This document shows positions 21,166 to 31,708 of a stretch of 64,000 nucleotides of DNA, in pieces. Made by a program: the position numbers and the translations under genes. The stretch comes from Halanaerobium sp. (GTDB lineage Bacteria > Bacillota > Halanaerobiia > Halanaerobiales > Halanaerobiaceae): contig JAGYNO010000003.1 in assembly GCA_018399955.1 (NCBI GenBank), positions 30,245 through 94,244 of the forward strand, written 5' to 3'. A model generated the notes under the pieces. It made no database searches and had not been told where the DNA came from. It saw only the letters and a program-made list of their open reading frames with translations. Every line of letters begins with the position of its first letter. The first letter of the stretch is position 1.

Positions 21166-21978
21166 ATGATAGATGAATTTAGTATTTTTGTCATATCAGA
21201 TTCAATTGGCGACACAGCAGAACAGGTAGCGAGGGCGGCGGCAGAACAATATAAAGGTTCTGATTATGAAATAAAGAAATATCCCTATGTAGAAACAAAA
21301 ACTAAAATTGATGATATTTGTTCAAATATAGGTGATCATTCTAATACTATAGTAGTTTATACTATTGTAAATGAAGAAATCTCTACATATTTGAAAAATC
21401 ATTGTGAAAAAAAAGGGATAATCTATATCGATATTATGGAACCCTGTCTGGAAAAATTTAGTGGTTTTATTGGCCAAGAACCAGCCCGAGAATCGGGGGT
21501 GATAAGAAAATTAGATGAGGATTATTTTAAGCGTGTTGAGGCAGTAGAATTTGCAGTAAAGTATGACGATGGAAAAGATCCAAGAGGAATTTTAAAAGCT
21601 GATATTGTTTTAATCGGAGTTTCCCGTTCTTCTAAAACTCCATTAAGTATGTATCTTGCCCATAAAAACTACAAGGTTGTTAATATTCCTTTAGTAAAAG
21701 ATTCAAAAGTACCAGATCAAATTCATGAAGTTCCCAAGAGAAAAATAGTTGGCTTAACTATTGATCCCGAAGATCTTATAGAAATTAGAAGAGAGAGAAT
21801 AAAAATAATGGGTTTAGACAGCAGTGTGGATTATGTTTCCATTGAAAAAATAATGGATGAGCTTACTTATGCTGAAAAAATCATGAAGCAAATTGGCTGC
21901 CCGGTTATAGATATGACCAAAAAAGCTGTTGAAGAAGCTGCAAGTATGATTATTGATATAATAAATGATTTAAATTAA
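21166..21978 (+). CDS. ppsR: PPDK regulatory protein (kinase/pyrophosphorylase, DUF299)
   Basis: SDSIGDTA, DYFKRVEAVEFAVKYDDG, GVSRSSKTPLS; adjacent to ppdK. Confidence 0.9.
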   Translation: MIDEFSIFVISDSIGDTAEQVARAAAEQYKGSDYEIKKYPYVETKTKIDDICSNIGDHSNTIVVYTIVNEEISTYLKNHCEKKGIIYIDIMEPCLEKFSGFIGQEPARESGVIRKLDEDYFKRVEAVEFAVKYDDGKDPRGILKADIVLIGVSRSSKTPLSMYLAHKNYKVVNIPLVKDSKVPDQIHEVPKRKIVGLTIDPEDLIEIRRERIKIMGLDSSVDYVSIEKIMDELTYAEKIMKQIGCPVIDMTKKAVEEAASMIIDIINDLN

Positions 21979-21992
21979 CAAGAGGAGGGGTT

Positions 21993-24623
21993 TTGTTGAA
22001 GAAGTATATTTATGCTTTTGAAGAAGGAAAAAAAGAGATGAAGTCTTTGTTAGGTGGTAAAGGTGCTAATCTTGCAGAAATGAGTAATATTGGTTTGCCT
22101 GTGCCTCCAGGATTTACAATCACAACTGAAGCATGTATAAGATATCTCGACATGGATGAAACATTAGATGATAAGTTAGAAAAAGGTATTTTTGATTACA
22201 TGAAAGATCTAGAAAATAAAAACAATAAAGAATTTGGTGACCTGGAAGACCCCTTGTTGGTTTCCGTGAGATCAGGTGCAGTAATTTCTATGCCTGGTAT
22301 GATGGATACTATTTTAAATCTAGGTTTAAATGATAAAAGTGTTGAGGGTCTTGCTAAAAAGACATCTAACCCCAGATTTGCTTATGATAGTTACAGACGC
22401 TTGATTCAAATGTTTGGTGGGGTAGTACTAGGCATTCCCAATTATGAATTTGATAATTTTTTAGAAAAAAGAAAAGAAAAAAAAGGTTATGCTAATGATA
22501 CTGAATTAACTGTAGAAGATTTAAAAGATATTATTGAAGATTTCAAAGCATTAATTAAAAAGCGTGAGAACATAGAGTTTCCACAAAAACCAGAAGATCA
22601 GCTTTTAATGGCTGTAAAAGCTGTATTTAGTTCTTGGAATAACTCGAGAGCTATTTCTTATAGAAATATTCATGATATTCCACATGATTTAGGTACAGCA
22701 GTGAATGTACAAACAATGGTTTTTGGTAATATAGGAGAAAACTCAGGAACTGGAGTTGCATTTACCAGAAATCCAGCTACTGGAGAAAATAAAGTATTTG
22801 GTGAGTTTTTACTTAATGCTCAGGGTGAAGATGTTGTTGCAGGTATTAGAACACCAAAAGATATTCAGGAATTAAATAATTTAATGCCTGAAGTTTATGA
22901 TGAATTTATAGAAGTAACTGAAACTTTAGAACAGCATTATAAAGATATGCAGGATATTGAATTTACAATTCAAGAAGGAGATTTATATATACTTCAAACA
23001 AGAACAGGTAAAAGAACTGCAGATGCAGCAGTGAATATCGCTGTAGACATGGAAGAAGAAGGTCTTATTAATAGAGAAACTACAATAATGAGAATTGATC
23101 CTGAAGATATAAGTCAGCTTTTACATCCAAACTTTATTGAAGATGAGTTAGAAAAAGCAGATATATTAGCAACTGGATTGGCTGCCTCACCTGGTGCTGC
23201 TTCAGGTAAAGTTTATTTTACTTCTGAAGATGCAGTAGAAGCAGCTGAAGGTGGAGAAGAGGTAATACTAGTTCGTAAAGAAACTTCACCAGAAGATATA
23301 GAAGGTATGGTTAAAGCTAATGGTATTTTAACTTCACGTGGTGGCATGACATCTCATGCAGCTGTTGTAGCAAGGGGTATGGGTAAATGCTGTGTTGCTG
23401 GTGCAGGAGATATTAGAGTTGACGAAAATACTAAGAAATTCTTTGTAGATGATAGAGTCTTTAATGAAGGAGATTATATATCACTTAATGGTAGTACAGG
23501 TGATGTTTATGCAGGTGTTGTAAAAACTGAAGATGCTCATCTAACAGAAGAATTTAAGATGTTAATGGATTGGTCTGATGAGTTTAGAGAACTTGGAGTT
23601 TATACAAATGCAGATACTCCAAAGGATGCAGAAGTAGCAGTTGATTTTGGAGCTGAAGGAATTGGTCTCTGCAGAACTGAGCACATGTTCTTTGAAAGCG
23701 GCAGAATTACTTCTGTGCGTGAGATGATTGTAGCAAATAATAAGAAAAAGCGTCAAAAAGCCCTAGATAAGTTATTCCCTTATCAAAAAGATGATTTTAA
23801 AGGTATATTTAATGTTATGGGTGATAGAGCTGTAACTATTCGTCTGCTTGATCCACCATTACATGAATTTTTACCTCAGAATGAAAAAGATATTAAAGCT
23901 TTAGCAGGAGAACTTCCTATAACTGTTGATGAACTCAGAAGAACAATTGAAGAATTAGAAGAAATGAATCCTATGCTAGGCCACAGAGGCTGCCGCTTAG
24001 GAATCAGTTACCCTGAAATTTATAAAATGCAGGTTAAAGCAATTATTTCTGCTGCAATTGAAGTAAAAGAGGAAGAGGGATATGAGGTTAAACCTGATAT
24101 TATGATTCCACTTGTTGGTTCAGAAAAAGAACTTGCAATTTTAAGAGAGAAATCAGAAGAAGTAGCAGAAGAAATCATAGAGAAATCAGATACCAAAATT
24201 GAGTATACTGTTGGTACAATGATAGAAATTCCAAGAGCTGCACTTCTTGCTGATCAAATTGCAAGACATGCTGATTTCTTCTCATTTGGAACAAATGATT
24301 TAACCCAAATGACTTATGGGTTTTCTCGTGATGATGCAGGTAAATTCCTCAATGAATACTTAGATAATGAGATATTTGCTAAGGATCCATTTGCTGTACT
24401 TGACCAAGAAGGAGTCGGAAAATTGATAGAAACAGCAGTTAAATTAGGCCGCAAAGAAAAAGAGGGACTAAAAATAGGTATTTGTGGAGAACATGGTGGA
24501 GAACCGTCTTCTATTGATTTCTGCCATAGAACTGGTCTAGATTATGTATCCTGTTCACCTTATAGAGTGCCTATTGCTAGACTTGCTGCAGCTCAATCAG
24601 CGATTAACAATAATAAAAAATAA
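21993..24623 (+). CDS. ppdK: pyruvate, phosphate dikinase
   Basis: LLGGKGANL, SVRSGA..SMPGMMDT, GGMTSHAAVVAR, SFGTNDLTQ, GICGEHGG. Confidence 0.97.
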   Translation: MLKKYIYAFEEGKKEMKSLLGGKGANLAEMSNIGLPVPPGFTITTEACIRYLDMDETLDDKLEKGIFDYMKDLENKNNKEFGDLEDPLLVSVRSGAVISMPGMMDTILNLGLNDKSVEGLAKKTSNPRFAYDSYRRLIQMFGGVVLGIPNYEFDNFLEKRKEKKGYANDTELTVEDLKDIIEDFKALIKKRENIEFPQKPEDQLLMAVKAVFSSWNNSRAISYRNIHDIPHDLGTAVNVQTMVFGNIGENSGTGVAFTRNPATGENKVFGEFLLNAQGEDVVAGIRTPKDIQELNNLMPEVYDEFIEVTETLEQHYKDMQDIEFTIQEGDLYILQTRTGKRTADAAVNIAVDMEEEGLINRETTIMRIDPEDISQLLHPNFIEDELEKADILATGLAASPGAASGKVYFTSEDAVEAAEGGEEVILVRKETSPEDIEGMVKANGILTSRGGMTSHAAVVARGMGKCCVAGAGDIRVDENTKKFFVDDRVFNEGDYISLNGSTGDVYAGVVKTEDAHLTEEFKMLMDWSDEFRELGVYTNADTPKDAEVAVDFGAEGIGLCRTEHMFFESGRITSVREMIVANNKKKRQKALDKLFPYQKDDFKGIFNVMGDRAVTIRLLDPPLHEFLPQNEKDIKALAGELPITVDELRRTIEELEEMNPMLGHRGCRLGISYPEIYKMQVKAIISAAIEVKEEEGYEVKPDIMIPLVGSEKELAILREKSEEVAEEIIEKSDTKIEYTVGTMIEIPRAALLADQIARHADFFSFGTNDLTQMTYGFSRDDAGKFLNEYLDNEIFAKDPFAVLDQEGVGKLIETAVKLGRKEKEGLKIGICGEHGGEPSSIDFCHRTGLDYVSCSPYRVPIARLAAAQSAINNNKK

Positions 24624-24698
24624 GCTTTATTAATAAATATAGCTTTAAAATAATAAATATAAGTTAAAATGAATTGAAGAATTAAAGATATATTTTCT

Positions 24699-24747
24699 AC
24701 TCCCCTTTTTTGAGAATTTTAATTTTCAAAAAGGGGAGTTTGATTTT
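24699..24747 (+). terminator. terminator after ppdK
   Basis: ACTCCCCTTTTT..AAAAAGGGGAGT stem. Confidence 0.75.
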
Positions 24748-24766
24748 ATTCTAGAGAGTTTCTACC

Positions 24767-24796
24767 TTGACAAAGATGGTATTTGGGCTGTATACT
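24767..24796 (+). promoter_or_regulatory. sigma-A promoter of guaA
   Basis: TTGACA-18-TATACT, about 30 nt before the ATG. Confidence 0.6.
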
Positions 24797-24825
24797 TTAG
24801 TAAATAAAAGTGGAAGGGGAATTAG

Positions 24826-26364
24826 ATGGACTACGATAAAATACTGATTCTCGATTTTGGAGGACAGTACAGTCAGTTAATTGCAAGGCGCGTTAGAGAA
24901 TTTAATGTTTATTCAATTATTAAAGCTCATAATATTTCTATTGAGGAAATAAATGAAATTGATCCTGCTGCAGTGATTTTTTCTGGAGGTCCTGACAGTG
25001 TAACAGCAGCTGGAGCTCCTGGGGTTAATCAGGGAGTTTTTGAACTTGGTATTCCTATTTTGGGGATTTGTTATGGAATGCAGCTTATGGCTCAGCTGCT
25101 TGAGGGTGGACATGTAGAAAAGGCAGCACATGGTGAATATGGTAAAGCCCAGCTTGAACTTTTTACTCAAAAGACTTTATTTGATGGAGTGGAAGCTAAT
25201 AGTCAGGTCTGGATGAGTCATGGAGACCATGTCGAAAAACTTCCAGATGGATTTGAAGTAATAGCAAAAACTGAATTAACTGAAACAGCAGCAATGGCAG
25301 ATTTTGAAAGAAATTTTTATGGAGTACAGTTTCATCCTGAGGTTAATCATACAATTCATGGCAAAATAATTCTCCATAATTTTTTATTTAAAATTACTAA
25401 AGCAAAAGCTACCTGGAATATGGCAGATTATATTAATGAAGAAGTAGATAAAATAAGAAACCAGGTAGGTAAAGGAAAAGTTATCTGCGGTTTATCAGGT
25501 GGTGTTGATTCTGCTGTTGCTTCTGCTATAGTACATAAGGCTATTGGAGATCAGCTCACCTGTATTTTTGTGGATCACGGTCTACTTCGTAAAGGAGAAG
25601 CTACTCAGGTTAAAAGAACCTTTGCTGAAGAATTTAATATTCCACTTGTATATGTTGATGCCAGAGAACGTTTTTTAAAAAGATTGAAGGGTGTTTCTGA
25701 TCCAGAAAACAAAAGAAAGATCATAGGTGATGAATTTATTAGGGTTTTTGAAGAAGAAGCTGATAAATTAGAAGATGTTCGTTATCTTGTTCAGGGTACA
25801 ATCTATTCTGATGTTATTGAGAGTGGAGGTACAGAAAAAGCTGCTACTATAAAAAGTCATCATAATGTTGGAGGTCTGCCAGATGACATGAACTTAGAGC
25901 TGGTAGAGCCACTTCACTTTTTATTCAAAGATGAGGTTAGAAAAATAGGAGAAGTTCTTGGTCTGCCCGATGATATTGTCTGGAGACAGCCATTTCCTGG
26001 TCCAGGTCTTGCTATTAGGATTATTGGGGATATTGATAAAAAGAAACTAGATATTTTAAGAGAAGCTGATGCTATTATTCAGGAAGAAATAAAAGAAGCA
26101 GGCCTTTATCGAGAGATATGGCAGTCATTTGCAGTTTTACCTGATCTTAGGAGTGTAGGTGTAATGGGTGATGAGAGAACTTATGGTTATCCTATTATTT
26201 TAAGAGCGGTTAATAGTGATGATGCAATGACTGCGGATTGGGCTCGACTTCCATATGAATTAATGCAGTCTATTTCTAATAGAATTGTTAATAAAGTAGG
26301 AGAAGTTAATAGAGTAGTATATGATATTACTTCTAAACCACCCGGAACAATTGAATGGGAGTAA
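24826..26364 (+). CDS. guaA: GMP synthase
   Basis: [43 protein letters not shown]. Confidence 0.98.
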   Translation: MDYDKILILDFGGQYSQLIARRVREFNVYSIIKAHNISIEEINEIDPAAVIFSGGPDSVTAAGAPGVNQGVFELGIPILGICYGMQLMAQLLEGGHVEKAAHGEYGKAQLELFTQKTLFDGVEANSQVWMSHGDHVEKLPDGFEVIAKTELTETAAMADFERNFYGVQFHPEVNHTIHGKIILHNFLFKITKAKATWNMADYINEEVDKIRNQVGKGKVICGLSGGVDSAVASAIVHKAIGDQLTCIFVDHGLLRKGEATQVKRTFAEEFNIPLVYVDARERFLKRLKGVSDPENKRKIIGDEFIRVFEEEADKLEDVRYLVQGTIYSDVIESGGTEKAATIKSHHNVGGLPDDMNLELVEPLHFLFKDEVRKIGEVLGLPDDIVWRQPFPGPGLAIRIIGDIDKKKLDILREADAIIQEEIKEAGLYREIWQSFAVLPDLRSVGVMGDERTYGYPIILRAVNSDDAMTADWARLPYELMQSISNRIVNKVGEVNRVVYDITSKPPGTIEWE

Positions 26365-26386
26365 TTGAGGAAAAGGGGTGTAAACT

Positions 26387-26689
26387 TTGTCTAGAAAAGT
26401 AAAAGGTAAGTTTACTGATCAGCTGTTTAAAGCAATTTTATTATTGAAAGATGAAAAAGAATGTTATGATTTTTTTAGAGACATTGCAACTGTGGGAGAA
26501 ATTAAAGCACTTGGTCAGAGACTTGAAGTGGCAAAAATGCTTAAAGAAGGTTATACTTATGATCATATAGTTGAAGAAACTGGTGTCAGTACAGCAACTA
26601 TAAGTAGGGTTAAGCGATCTCTTGAATATGGAGAAGATGGTTATCATCTCATACTTTCCCGATTAGAAAAAGAAGGGGACATTGAGTAG
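26387..26689 (+). CDS. yerC: YerC/YecD TrpR-like protein
   Basis: [34 protein letters not shown]. Confidence 0.88.
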   Translation: MSRKVKGKFTDQLFKAILLLKDEKECYDFFRDIATVGEIKALGQRLEVAKMLKEGYTYDHIVEETGVSTATISRVKRSLEYGEDGYHLILSRLEKEGDIE

Positions 26690-26700
26690 AAATTTGCTTT

Positions 26701-26777
26701 CTGGCTGTAGCGCAGTTTGGCAGCGCGCTTCGTTCGGGGCGAAGAGGCCCAGGGTTCAAATCCCTGCAGCCAGACCA
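26701..26777 (+). tRNA. tRNA-Pro (anticodon CGG), CCA encoded
   Basis: acceptor CTGGCTG/CAGCCAG; anticodon stem CTTCG/CGAAG with loop TTCGGGG; T-loop GGTTCAAATCC. Confidence 0.95.
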
Positions 26778-26814
26778 GATTTAAAATAAAAATATGATCT
26801 TTGAAGCTATAATA

Positions 26815-26845
26815 AAAATAGCCGGCCAAATGGCCGGTTATTTTT
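26815..26845. terminator. bidirectional terminator
   Basis: AAAAATAGCCGGCCA-A-ATGGCCGGTTATTTTT between convergent genes. Confidence 0.85.
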
Positions 26846-26875
26846 GAATTAATAAATATAAATTTCAATTTTTTC

Positions 26876-28270
26876 TTATTTTATTTTATTCATAATCGAA
26901 CGAGCTATTACAATTCCAGAAACAGAAGCCTGCATTAAACCTCTAGTAATTCCAGCACCATCCCCACCGAAAAATAAATTTTCTATTTTAGTTTCAAGAT
27001 TATCTTTAACATCCAAGCGTGAAGAATAAAATTTAACTTCTACTCCATAAAGTAATGTATCACGTCCATATAAACCAGGTGTGAGTTTGTCAAGTGCTTT
27101 CAGCATTTCAATAATCCCTGTTAAATGCCTGTGTGGAAGAACCAGGGAAAGATCACCAGGAGTGGCATCTTTTAAAGTTGGTTCAGTAACTGATCTTTTT
27201 AGTCTTTCTTTTGTGGTACGTCTTCCATCAAGTAAGTCTCCAAGCCTCTGTACCAATACTCCACCAGCAAGTAAATTTGCTAATTTAGCAATATCTTTTC
27301 CATAGGTTATTGGTTCATGAAAAGGTTCAGTAAATGTTTTACTGACCAAAAGAGCAAAATTAGTATTATGTGTTTTTATATCAGAATGGCTGTGGCCATT
27401 TACAGTGATTAAACCCTGATTGTTTTCACTAACTACCTCCCCATATGGCGACATACAGAAAGTCCTTACTTTGTCATCAAAGGTTGGTGTATGATAAATG
27501 AGTTTTGTTTCATATAGATTGTCAGTTAAATACTCAGTTACTGCAGCAGGACATTCAACTCTAACTCCAATATCTATTGGATTTATTGCTGTATTTATAC
27601 CAAGCTTTTTTGCTTCTCCAGTAAGCCACTCTGCATTTTCTCTTCCTGCGGCAGCCATTACAAATTCAGCATTAATTTTTACACCTTTTGCTGTTTTAAT
27701 TCCCCTAATTTTTTCATTTTCTACAATGAAATCTTTAACATTAACTCCAAAACTGATCTCAACACCATTTTCTTCAATATAATCCTGCATATTTTGTAGA
27801 ACTACTTGGCTATAACCTGTGCCGAGGTGTCTTAAACGAGCTGGCACAAATTTAAGTTCTGCTTTAACCGCTCTTTTCCGGATTTCATCTTGTTTATCTT
27901 CTGAAACTCCAAATATTCTATCTGGAGCACCAAATTCCAAATAAATATTATCAGCATAAGAGATATTTTCTTTTAAGTTTTTTCTGCCAATATAATTTTC
28001 TAAATTACCCCCAATATCAGGTGATAATGATAATTTTCCATCACTATAAGCCCCTGCACCACCCCAGCCTGAAACAATTGCACAGCTTTTACAGTGAATA
28101 CAACCTGAACCAGGATTTTCTTTCATTGGGCAGACTCTTTTTTCTAAGTCATTACCTTTTTCTAGAATTAAAATATCCAGTTCTGCATCTTTTTTTATAA
28201 GTTCTAAAGCAGTGAATATTCCAGTTGGTCCAGCACCAATGATAATTACATCATAATATTTTTTACTCAT
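26876..28270 (-). CDS. uncharacterised NAD(P)/FAD-dependent oxidoreductase (COG2509-like)
   Basis: IIGAGPTG, Cys cluster CP..CIHCKSC, GGAGAYSDGKL, GVEVKFYS, GDGAGITRGL. Confidence 0.8.
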   Translation of the reverse strand: MSKKYYDVIIIGAGPTGIFTALELIKKDAELDILILEKGNDLEKRVCPMKENPGSGCIHCKSCAIVSGWGGAGAYSDGKLSLSPDIGGNLENYIGRKNLKENISYADNIYLEFGAPDRIFGVSEDKQDEIRKRAVKAELKFVPARLRHLGTGYSQVVLQNMQDYIEENGVEISFGVNVKDFIVENEKIRGIKTAKGVKINAEFVMAAAGRENAEWLTGEAKKLGINTAINPIDIGVRVECPAAVTEYLTDNLYETKLIYHTPTFDDKVRTFCMSPYGEVVSENNQGLITVNGHSHSDIKTHNTNFALLVSKTFTEPFHEPITYGKDIAKLANLLAGGVLVQRLGDLLDGRRTTKERLKRSVTEPTLKDATPGDLSLVLPHRHLTGIIEMLKALDKLTPGLYGRDTLLYGVEVKFYSSRLDVKDNLETKIENLFFGGDGAGITRGLMQASVSGIVIARSIMNKIK

Positions 28271-28510
28271 TAATTTTTAAACCTCCAGGTTTTAAAATAA
28301 AGTCTAATTTTTAGACAAACCAATATTAATAATTCTATAGAAGAGATGAAATACCTTTTTTTAATTTTTATTTTTTAGAGTTTTGAATAGAAATTTTATT
28401 GAAAAATAATTTTCATAAATATACTAATTGTTAAATCATAACTTGAATATATAATGAATATAGTCTAAAATTAACTTAAATTATCAAGTTTAATAAATGG
28501 AGGCGGTAAA

Positions 28511-28972
28511 ATGAAATTTGATATAGGAGATAAAATTCCTGATTTTGAGTTGAGCGATCATAATGATCAAAAAGTTACTTTAGATGAATTTCCCGGCAAA
28601 AATATTTTATTTTCTTTTCACCCCCTTGCCTGGACAAGAGTATGTCGACTGCAGATGGAAGCACTAGAAAAAAATTATCAGAAATTTATTGATAATAATA
28701 CAGTTCCATTAGGAATTAGTGTAGATCCAGTTCCATCTAAAAAGGCATGGGCAGAAGATTTGGGATTAGAAAATTTAAGGCTGCTTTCTGATTTTTGGAA
28801 GCACGGTGATTTCGCTGACAAGCTTGGTATTTTTTATGATAACAAAGGAATATCAGGTAGGGTTAATATCTTGGCTAATCATAAAGGAGAAATTCTTTGG
28901 AGTAAAGTCTATGATATTCATGAAGAACCTAATATTGATGAAGTTTTAGAAGCAGTTAAGGATAATGCTTAA
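28511..28972 (+). CDS. peroxiredoxin (AhpC/TSA, AhpE-like)
   Basis: PDFEL, FHPLAWTRVC, GISVD, LLSDFW. Confidence 0.85.
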   Translation: MKFDIGDKIPDFELSDHNDQKVTLDEFPGKNILFSFHPLAWTRVCRLQMEALEKNYQKFIDNNTVPLGISVDPVPSKKAWAEDLGLENLRLLSDFWKHGDFADKLGIFYDNKGISGRVNILANHKGEILWSKVYDIHEEPNIDEVLEAVKDNA

Positions 28973-29055
28973 TTTATATACTTTCTGCTGTTCAGCAAAG
29001 ATTGATTTCAAATGAATAATATAAATAAAACATTAAATAGCTTATAAGCTATTTT

Positions 29056-29083
29056 AAACCCTGTTCAAATGAACAGGGTTTTT
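29056..29083 (+). terminator. terminator after the peroxiredoxin gene
   Basis: AAACCCTGTTC-AAAT-GAACAGGGTTTTT. Confidence 0.8.
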
Positions 29084-29167
29084 GCTTGCTGTCAGTTACT
29101 TATGATATAATTAAAGTTAGGTAATTTAATTTTAAATATTTTCGATTTGACTTTTGGAGGTAAAACA

Positions 29168-29647
29168 ATGGAAACTTTTTTATTGATTATAATTATAGTT
29201 TTATTTACAGCTGAAATAGCAGCTGTATTTTTGCCTTTTTTACCTGATACTGTATTTTTTTGGGCAGCTGTTCTGTTATATTATTTTATAGATTCAAATG
29301 CAGTTTATTCTCTATATTTTTGGATTGGCGCAGTTTTAATTACTATTATTATTTTGGCAGCAGATTATTTTTCAAATTTATATTTTATTAAAAAACAGGG
29401 AGGAAGTAATAGAACAATTATTACTGCAGTTTTAGCTATGATTTTAGGAACATTTTTATTTGGACCATTAGGTTTTATAGTACTTCCGTTTGTTTTAATT
29501 TTTTTAGTGGAATTCTGGAAAAGTCGTAATAAAAGAAATTCATTTAAACTTGCTTTGAGCAGTATATTTGCTTTTTTTGCAAGTGCACTTGCTAAATTGG
29601 GGATGCAGCTTTTTTTAATGATCTGGTTTTTTATTGAAATTTATTAA
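29168..29647 (+). CDS. DUF456/YqgC-like membrane protein
   Basis: hydrophobic; PFLP, KKQGGS, GPLG..LPF pattern. Confidence 0.7.
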   Translation: METFLLIIIIVLFTAEIAAVFLPFLPDTVFFWAAVLLYYFIDSNAVYSLYFWIGAVLITIIILAADYFSNLYFIKKQGGSNRTIITAVLAMILGTFLFGPLGFIVLPFVLIFLVEFWKSRNKRNSFKLALSSIFAFFASALAKLGMQLFLMIWFFIEIY

Positions 29648-29728
29648 TAAATATGATCTTTTTTTGTTCAAACCAATATGTTTAGGATATAAATATTTTT
29701 ATCTAAAATCATTTGAGGAGGCCAGTTG

Positions 29729-31708
29729 ATGTACAAAATTTATCAGGGGAACACAGGTAGTGGGAAAAGCACTATTTTAAAAGAAGACTATCAGCAGCTG
29801 GTCAAAAATAATAAAAGTGAAAACATACTTTTGTTTTTAAAAAGCGCGAAAGCTGTAAGTTCATTTAGAGAGAACATTGATCTAAAATTAAGTGGTAATT
29901 TAAATATATACACTTATTTTGGTTTTGTAAATGAAGATTTAAATAAAAATTGGCCAGAGGTAGAAAGAAAATATTCTGGAGATAATAAAGTTATAGAACC
30001 AACATTTATGAATATAGAAACTTCTCATTTTTTGATGAGTAATTATGTAGAAAAATACAGAAATAATCGTTTATATTTTAGAAATATAAAAGCAAAACCT
30101 GTACAAATTGCAGTTCAGCTGATTGATAATCTTAATCTGGCTGCTTTTAATATGCTCAATTTTAATGAATTAAAAAATCGCTTATTAAATTGGATTAAGA
30201 ATGATGAAGAGAGAAAAGAATATGCTGAACAGTCGGTAGAAATCATGAAAACCTTTAGAGATTTTTGTCTTAAATATAGACTGCTTGATTACTCAACAGG
30301 AATTACGATATTTAATAAATATCTGCTTTTCAATCCAGATTATATTAAACAGCTTGAGTCTAGATTTAAATATATATTAGTTGATGATCTAGAAAAAATG
30401 ATACCAGCGGGACAGATGCTGATAAAAAAGATGACTGAAGCACAAATAAAAGGTATTTTTACTTTTAATAAAAGTGGAGGGTTTAATAGATTTTTTGGAG
30501 GTAATCCTGCTGCAGCAGAAAAGAGATTTTTTCCTGAGGCAGAAGAAGTGATAAATCTAAAGGAAAACTATACGGCAGCTGAAGAGAGCAGAGAACTAGC
30601 TGATAGAATTGAAAAAGTAATTAAAAACAGAGATTTTTCTTTAATCCAGTCTAAATTACTAAAAGAAGAAATAGATAGTGAGCTGCGGGGAGAAATGTTG
30701 ATTAAAGTAGGAAAAAAAATTATATCAATCCTGCAGGATGGAACAAAACCAGCTTCAATAGCTGTAATATCACCTCAGATAGATAAAGTGTTAAGTTTTA
30801 GTTTAAGACGTATTTTAGAGAAAAACGGATATAATTTGAGTAATTTTAATAGATCTAAAAAACTGGTGGATATTCCTTTTGCAAGAGCTCTTTTGATTTT
30901 ATATTTATTTCAAAGTGGGAAAACAGAAATGATTGGTATTTCAGCATTACAGCAAACTTTAAGTCTGCTCTTAGAACTTGATCCTCTTCGGTCTTATATA
31001 CTTGCTGAAGAAATTGCAGCATCAGGTATGGATTTTATAGATCTTGAGCAGAGTAATTTAAGGACAAAAATTAATTTTTCTGCTGCAGAAAAATATGATT
31101 ATTTAACTGAATGGCTTCAGGAGAAAAAAGATGATGATATTTCGATAGAATTTTTTTTTCAATCTGTATTTAGTGAGTTATTAGCTCCTTTGAATCCATC
31201 TCAGGAAGATATATTTGCATGCAGACAGATGATTGAATCTGTAGCACGTTTTCATTCTGCTGTAGAAAATTTTCACCAGGATAAAGAAGATCTCAGCAGC
31301 AGATATATAAATATGATTTATGAAGGAACACTTGCTGCAGAAACGCTTTTTAAAGGCCAAGCAGAGAGTGAAGGAGTAATTTTGGCTTCACCTTATAAAT
31401 TTTTATTTTCACCTGAGTTATCGGGGGTAGATTATTTATTTTTGCTTGATATTTCCAGCAGTAACTGGATGAGAAGCACTGCTAAAGAACTTGTTAATCC
31501 ATATATTTATACTGAAGATTGGCAAAAAAATAAAGTCTGGAATGATAAAGTTGATCAGGATATTAGATTAAAACAGCTGGGAGATTTTTTAATTAGTTTG
31601 ATTTATAAAGTGAAAAATGGTATATATATTGCAGATAGTTTTTTAGACAGCAGTGGAAGAGAACAGGAAGGACCATTATACCGCTGGCTGGATGTGAGAG
31701 GAGACTAA
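29729..31708 (+). CDS. degenerate UvrD-like (SF1A) helicase-fold protein
   Basis: Walker A GNTGSGKS retained; Walker B degenerate (ILVDDLE); no recognisable motifs V/VI. Confidence 0.65.
   Translation: MYKIYQGNTGSGKSTILKEDYQQLVKNNKSENILLFLKSAKAVSSFRENIDLKLSGNLNIYTYFGFVNEDLNKNWPEVERKYSGDNKVIEPTFMNIETSHFLMSNYVEKYRNNRLYFRNIKAKPVQIAVQLIDNLNLAAFNMLNFNELKNRLLNWIKNDEERKEYAEQSVEIMKTFRDFCLKYRLLDYSTGITIFNKYLLFNPDYIKQLESRFKYILVDDLEKMIPAGQMLIKKMTEAQIKGIFTFNKSGGFNRFFGGNPAAAEKRFFPEAEEVINLKENYTAAEESRELADRIEKVIKNRDFSLIQSKLLKEEIDSELRGEMLIKVGKKIISILQDGTKPASIAVISPQIDKVLSFSLRRILEKNGYNLSNFNRSKKLVDIPFARALLILYLFQSGKTEMIGISALQQTLSLLLELDPLRSYILAEEIAASGMDFIDLEQSNLRTKINFSAAEKYDYLTEWLQEKKDDDISIEFFFQSVFSELLAPLNPSQEDIFACRQMIESVARFHSAVENFHQDKEDLSSRYINMIYEGTLAAETLFKGQAESEGVILASPYKFLFSPELSGVDYLFLLDISSSNWMRSTAKELVNPYIYTEDWQKNKVWNDKVDQDIRLKQLGDFLISLIYKVKNGIYIADSFLDSSGREQEGPLYRWLDVRGD

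Noticed and set aside
24640-24825. Purine riboswitch before guaA
   Set aside because: The promoter lies about 30 nt from the start codon; the upstream hairpin is the ppdK terminator
26701-26860. tRNA-Pro or guaA 3' end as the integration site of an island
   Set aside because: No integrase and no duplicated tRNA or guaA 3' end found by eye
29660-29700. LexA box before the helicase trio (AAAC-N6-GTTT)
   Set aside because: Spacing and sequence do not fit the Firmicute GAAC-N4-GTTC consensus
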